A stretch of DNA of 64,000 nt, taken from NCBI GenBank assembly GCA_001003705.1, contig LCPQ01000001.1:58008-122007 (forward strand), read 5' to 3'. Shown here in pieces: positions 61,337 to 64,000 of the stretch. Position 1 is the first letter of the stretch, and the number at the start of each line of letters is the position of its first letter. A program made the translations under genes and the position numbers. The stretch is from Parcubacteria group bacterium GW2011_GWA2_48_9 (lineage in GTDB: Bacteria > Patescibacteriota > Patescibacteriia > UBA10025). The notes below the pieces were generated by a model that saw nothing but the letters and a program-made list of their open reading frames with translations, had not been told where the DNA came from and did no database searches.

Positions 61337-61373
61337 TACTACGAAATGTAGTATCTCTGAATAAAGGTGTCAA
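61337..61373 (-). promoter_or_regulatory. Promoter TTGACA-N17-TACATT with TACTAC-N5-GTAGTA operator
   Basis: Operator 61337-61353 overlaps the -10; same motif as at 54788-54804. Confidence 0.75.
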
Positions 61374-61402
61374 GAGGTGCTTATCGATTTGGCTCAAGGG
61401 CG

Positions 61403-61425
61403 TCCTGCCTGTCGGCAGACAGGGA
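61403..61425. repeat. REP-like palindrome CCTGCCTGTCGGCAGACAGG
   Basis: GC-rich imperfect palindrome directly after a stop codon. Confidence 0.5.
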
Positions 61426-61881
61426 TCAGGTCCCTACCGGTTCATGCTGAATACGTCGATATGCTGTGACGTTCGTGATCAAGATGCCAAGATAAAAAAG
61501 CAACCCATATACGCAAGCGGGTAAACCGGTAAAGGTAAGTTTGAGAATCCAAACCTCGTACACAATTAGAGTTGATGAAAAAAGTGTTCCAACGACACCG
61601 AGAATAATTAGCGCTTTGATCATGCTCTTCTTCGGTTTTCCCGCTAATGCTGCGGCTGACAGGAGAAATACCGTGAAGAACATTGCAAAACCGTATACAC
61701 AGGTGGGTAAACCGAAAATAAGTACCTTAGCTGGACCGCCGCACGAAACTAACCAATTCAAAGGACCTTGGTGACAACTAGGACCGATAAGATTCCAATA
61801 AGTTAAATACCCCGAGAGTAAACTCCCGGCAAATGCAAAAGTGAGGCTGACGATAGCTAGTTTACGATTACTTGTCATCAT
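61426..61881 (-). CDS. VKOR-like four-TM membrane protein
   Basis: SGYLTY...C...C loop and IFGLPTCVYG; second GLPACVYG copy. Confidence 0.55.
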   Translation of the reverse strand: MMTSNRKLAIVSLTFAFAGSLLSGYLTYWNLIGPSCHQGPLNWLVSCGGPAKVLIFGLPTCVYGFAMFFTVFLLSAAALAGKPKKSMIKALIILGVVGTLFSSTLIVYEVWILKLTFTGLPACVYGLLFYLGILITNVTAYRRIQHEPVGT

Positions 61882-61910
61882 AGACTCATGTGGTTAACAA
61901 GAACTTACTA

Positions 61911-62381
61911 CTAAATATACCGGACAGCCCGTTTTTCAAATGCAGTTTTACAGCCAGAGGCGCAAAAGTAATATTCGCTCCGCTTATACCAAGAAGATAG
62001 AACAGCAGTCTCAGGAGAGAGTTTCATGCCGCATACAGGATCAATAACGCGCGGTATAGCAGCTTTTTGGCTTATTCGGCTCCATGGTTGAGACTTTTTC
62101 TGGTCAACGAGAATTCCGTGGATGGCATCAAAGGCTTTTGCCACATTATGATGTGCCAGGCAGTACGTCATTTCACGTCCCTCTCGCTTAGGAAGAACCA
62201 GGCGTTCTTGCCGCAACACCTGCAAATGCTGGCTGACGTTTGATTGCGCCATTCCGGTCATTCGCTGTATATCGGTTACCGTCAACGAATGGCTGCGCAA
62301 AAGCTGTATAATTTCCAGGCGTTTGGGGTTGGCAAGCGCTTGAAAAATGCCGCTGTCTTGTTTAAATGCGTCGTTATACAT
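61911..62381 (-). CDS. ArsR/SmtB regulator fused to a YHS (TRASH) domain
   Basis: FQALANPKRLEII, SNVSQHL, then DPVCGM...YYFCASGC. Confidence 0.9.
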   Translation of the reverse strand: MYNDAFKQDSGIFQALANPKRLEIIQLLRSHSLTVTDIQRMTGMAQSNVSQHLQVLRQERLVLPKREGREMTYCLAHHNVAKAFDAIHGILVDQKKSQPWSRISQKAAIPRVIDPVCGMKLSPETAVLSSWYKRSEYYFCASGCKTAFEKRAVRYI

Positions 62382-62438
62382 ATTCAATAAGCTGAATATA
62401 TCAAATCAGTTTATTCTGTCAACACGCGGTTATCCACA
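62380..62438 (-). promoter_or_regulatory. ArsR-type palindrome ATATTCA-N6-TGAATAT, promoter TTGACA-N16-TATATT and upstream DnaA box
   Basis: Palindrome 62380-62399, TTGACA 62422-62417, TTATCCACA 62430-62438. Confidence 0.6.
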
Positions 62439-62629
62439 GCTACATCAACAACAAAAACCGTATACATACGTACGGACGTCAATAAGTTTATTTAATGTAC
62501 CTCTTCCTCCAGAACTCGGATTCGGTTCTGGGCGCCACGCACGCTCGCGGCTTCGAATCCAAGCTGCGTTACCAAAAAACCTTATCATCTTGCACAATGT
62601 TTGCTTGATTAACCTCGTCTATTCCCTTT

Positions 62630-62700
62630 CTCCGGGACTTGGATTCGAACCAAGATACCAGGCTTCAAAGGCCTGTGTCCTACCATTAGACGATCCCGGA
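62630..62700 (-). tRNA. tRNA-Gln(TTG), CCA not encoded
   Basis: Cloverleaf: TCCGGGA/TCCCGGA acceptor stem, CAGGC-CTTTGAA-GCCTG anticodon arm, GTTCGAATC T-loop. Confidence 0.95.
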
Positions 62701-62762
62701 ATACACTAAAACAACTGGCCTATGCACGCACAGTATACGGATTCAGCTATACAGTGTAAAGA

Positions 62763-63680
62763 CTATACTTTGAGATACTTCCCTACTGCGACTGCCGAAC
62801 TGATCACGCTTAACCCCATAGCTATGACAAGCTGTAGAAGCATGATTGAAAGCAAGTGCGACGTGAAATACTGCAAGAGATTGAAATCATAGCCCTCAAA
62901 GAGTGTAGCAATGTAAGGAGAGACTACATGCACAAAAGGATACAGAAGTGCCATGGAAAACAGTACTGCTATGAACGCGTAGAGAATACTTTCTAATACA
63001 AACGGGAATCGGATGAACCAGTTCGATGCGCCAACAAGTTTCATAATACCTATCTCCTCACGATGCGTGTAAATCGTAATACGAATAGTGTTGAATATAA
63101 TAAGTATACTGATTAAAACAAATACACCCGTTACGAGCATTCCGATACGCTGCACCCTCGAAGCGATATCTGAAAGCCGGTCGGTGATCACCTGATTATC
63201 ATCGAAATTACTGTTTTCAATTAACTCCGCATAATCAGGGTCTTCGAGCATTTCGAGAATCAACGGGTAGTCTTCGATATTTTTCGCCTTTATCACGAGT
63301 GTCGCACCGAGCGGGTTCTCCTCAAGTTCATCAAGTGACTGGATAATCTCCGGATCATTTACGTGCCGCTCGCGAAAACGACGTTCAGCCTCTTCTTTTG
63401 AAACAAGGGTTACATTGTCGACGCTTCGTAATGACTCGAAACGATATTGAATATTCTGGATCTCTTGCTGGTCGACATCAGGGTTAAAGTACACTGATAC
63501 GTCAATCTTATTTTCAATAGATGATACCACTTCGCGTGCAACGACATTTACTCCGCCAACCATGCTCACAGAGAATAAGGTGAGTACGAGAATGATCACC
63601 GTTACCACGGAAAGCCAAATGTTTCGCCAGAAACCCTGAAGGGCAAAATGGAAAGCTCGAATGAGTGAAGTTACAATCAT
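62763..63680 (-). CDS. ftsX: Cell division permease FtsX
   Basis: WRNIWLS, ENPL, IFNTIRITI..REEI.IMKLVGA motifs; follows ftsE. Confidence 0.93.
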   Translation of the reverse strand: MIVTSLIRAFHFALQGFWRNIWLSVVTVIILVLTLFSVSMVGGVNVVAREVVSSIENKIDVSVYFNPDVDQQEIQNIQYRFESLRSVDNVTLVSKEEAERRFRERHVNDPEIIQSLDELEENPLGATLVIKAKNIEDYPLILEMLEDPDYAELIENSNFDDNQVITDRLSDIASRVQRIGMLVTGVFVLISILIIFNTIRITIYTHREEIGIMKLVGASNWFIRFPFVLESILYAFIAVLFSMALLYPFVHVVSPYIATLFEGYDFNLLQYFTSHLLSIMLLQLVIAMGLSVISSAVAVGKYLKV

Positions 63681-63686
63681 ATGGTT

Positions 63687-64000
63687 TTACAAAAGGTATC
63701 TTCCGGTTTTCTGGTCGGAGATTACCATGCCCTGGTCTATCGTCACGACTCGCTTATGGAGCATATTCACAATTTCCCGGTTATGAGTTACGAGCACAAT
63801 TGTTGTTCCAAACTCGTTTATCTTCCGAAGAAGTTCGATAATATCATGGGCGTTGATTGCATCCAGATTACCTGTCGGTTCATCAGCGACGAGGATCTTT
63901 GGGCGATGAACGAGTGCTCTGGCGATGACCGCTCGTTGCTGCTCGCCGCCGGATACCTCACGCGGAAAACGGTCCATTTTTCCTTCGAGTCCGACTATCT
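63687..64000 (-). CDS. ftsE: Cell division ATP-binding protein FtsE (3' part)
   Basis: SGGEQQR, ADEPTGNLD, VTHN motifs. Confidence 0.9.
   Translation of the reverse strand, partial: IVGLEGKMDRFPREVSGGEQQRAVIARALVHRPKILVADEPTGNLDAINAHDIIELLRKINEFGTTIVLVTHNREIVNMLHKRVVTIDQGMVISDQKTGRYLL

Noticed and set aside
53947-62700. Copper cluster as a tRNA-integrated mobile island
   Set aside because: No integrase, transposase or direct repeat of the tRNA 3' end was seen; the only T-arm copy is inverted.
1-64000. Alternative genetic code (UGA read as Gly) as the cause of split genes
   Set aside because: greA, lysS and other genes end at TGA at expected lengths; the breaks are frame changes with missing sequence, not in-frame TGA.
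1-64000. CRISPR array, retron or diversity-generating retroelement
   Set aside because: No regularly spaced repeats, reverse transcriptase motifs or template/variable repeat pair noticed by eye; a self-alignment would be needed to exclude them fully.

Overview
Gene-dense chromosomal segment of a Candidate Phyla Radiation (Patescibacteria/Parcubacteria-like) bacterium using the standard genetic code. The lineage is inferred from gene content, short or absent Shine-Dalgarno sites, a CPR-type PriA and CPR-type surface proteins. It holds housekeeping genes (mreC/D, PBP2, greA, lysS, serS, gltX, alr, ddl, ftsQ-like, priA, def/fmt, pentose-phosphate genes, ftsEX, tRNA-Gln) and a minor-pilin cluster. 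Notable modules: (i) a small gene plus dinB behind a promoter with a TTCGG-N6-TTCGG direct repeat between the -35 and -10; (ii) a tightly coupled xseA-xseB-acidic protein-translin/TRAX operon; (iii) a presenilin/SPP-like GxGD protease; (iv) a CofE-like ligase paired with an ECF S-component-like protein; (v) an ~8.5 kb copper/thiol-redox cluster beside tRNA-Gln with a BlaI repressor, an M56 protease and two TACTAC-N5-GTAGTA operators; (vi) an inverted copy of the tRNA T-arm in the tRNA trailer. At least seven genes appear to carry clean internal deletions, which most likely reflect assembly/scaffolding errors and must be checked before trusting the def-fmt 'fusion' or any pseudogene call. No CRISPR array, transposase or integrase was seen. 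All family assignments come from motif recognition by eye, not database searches.
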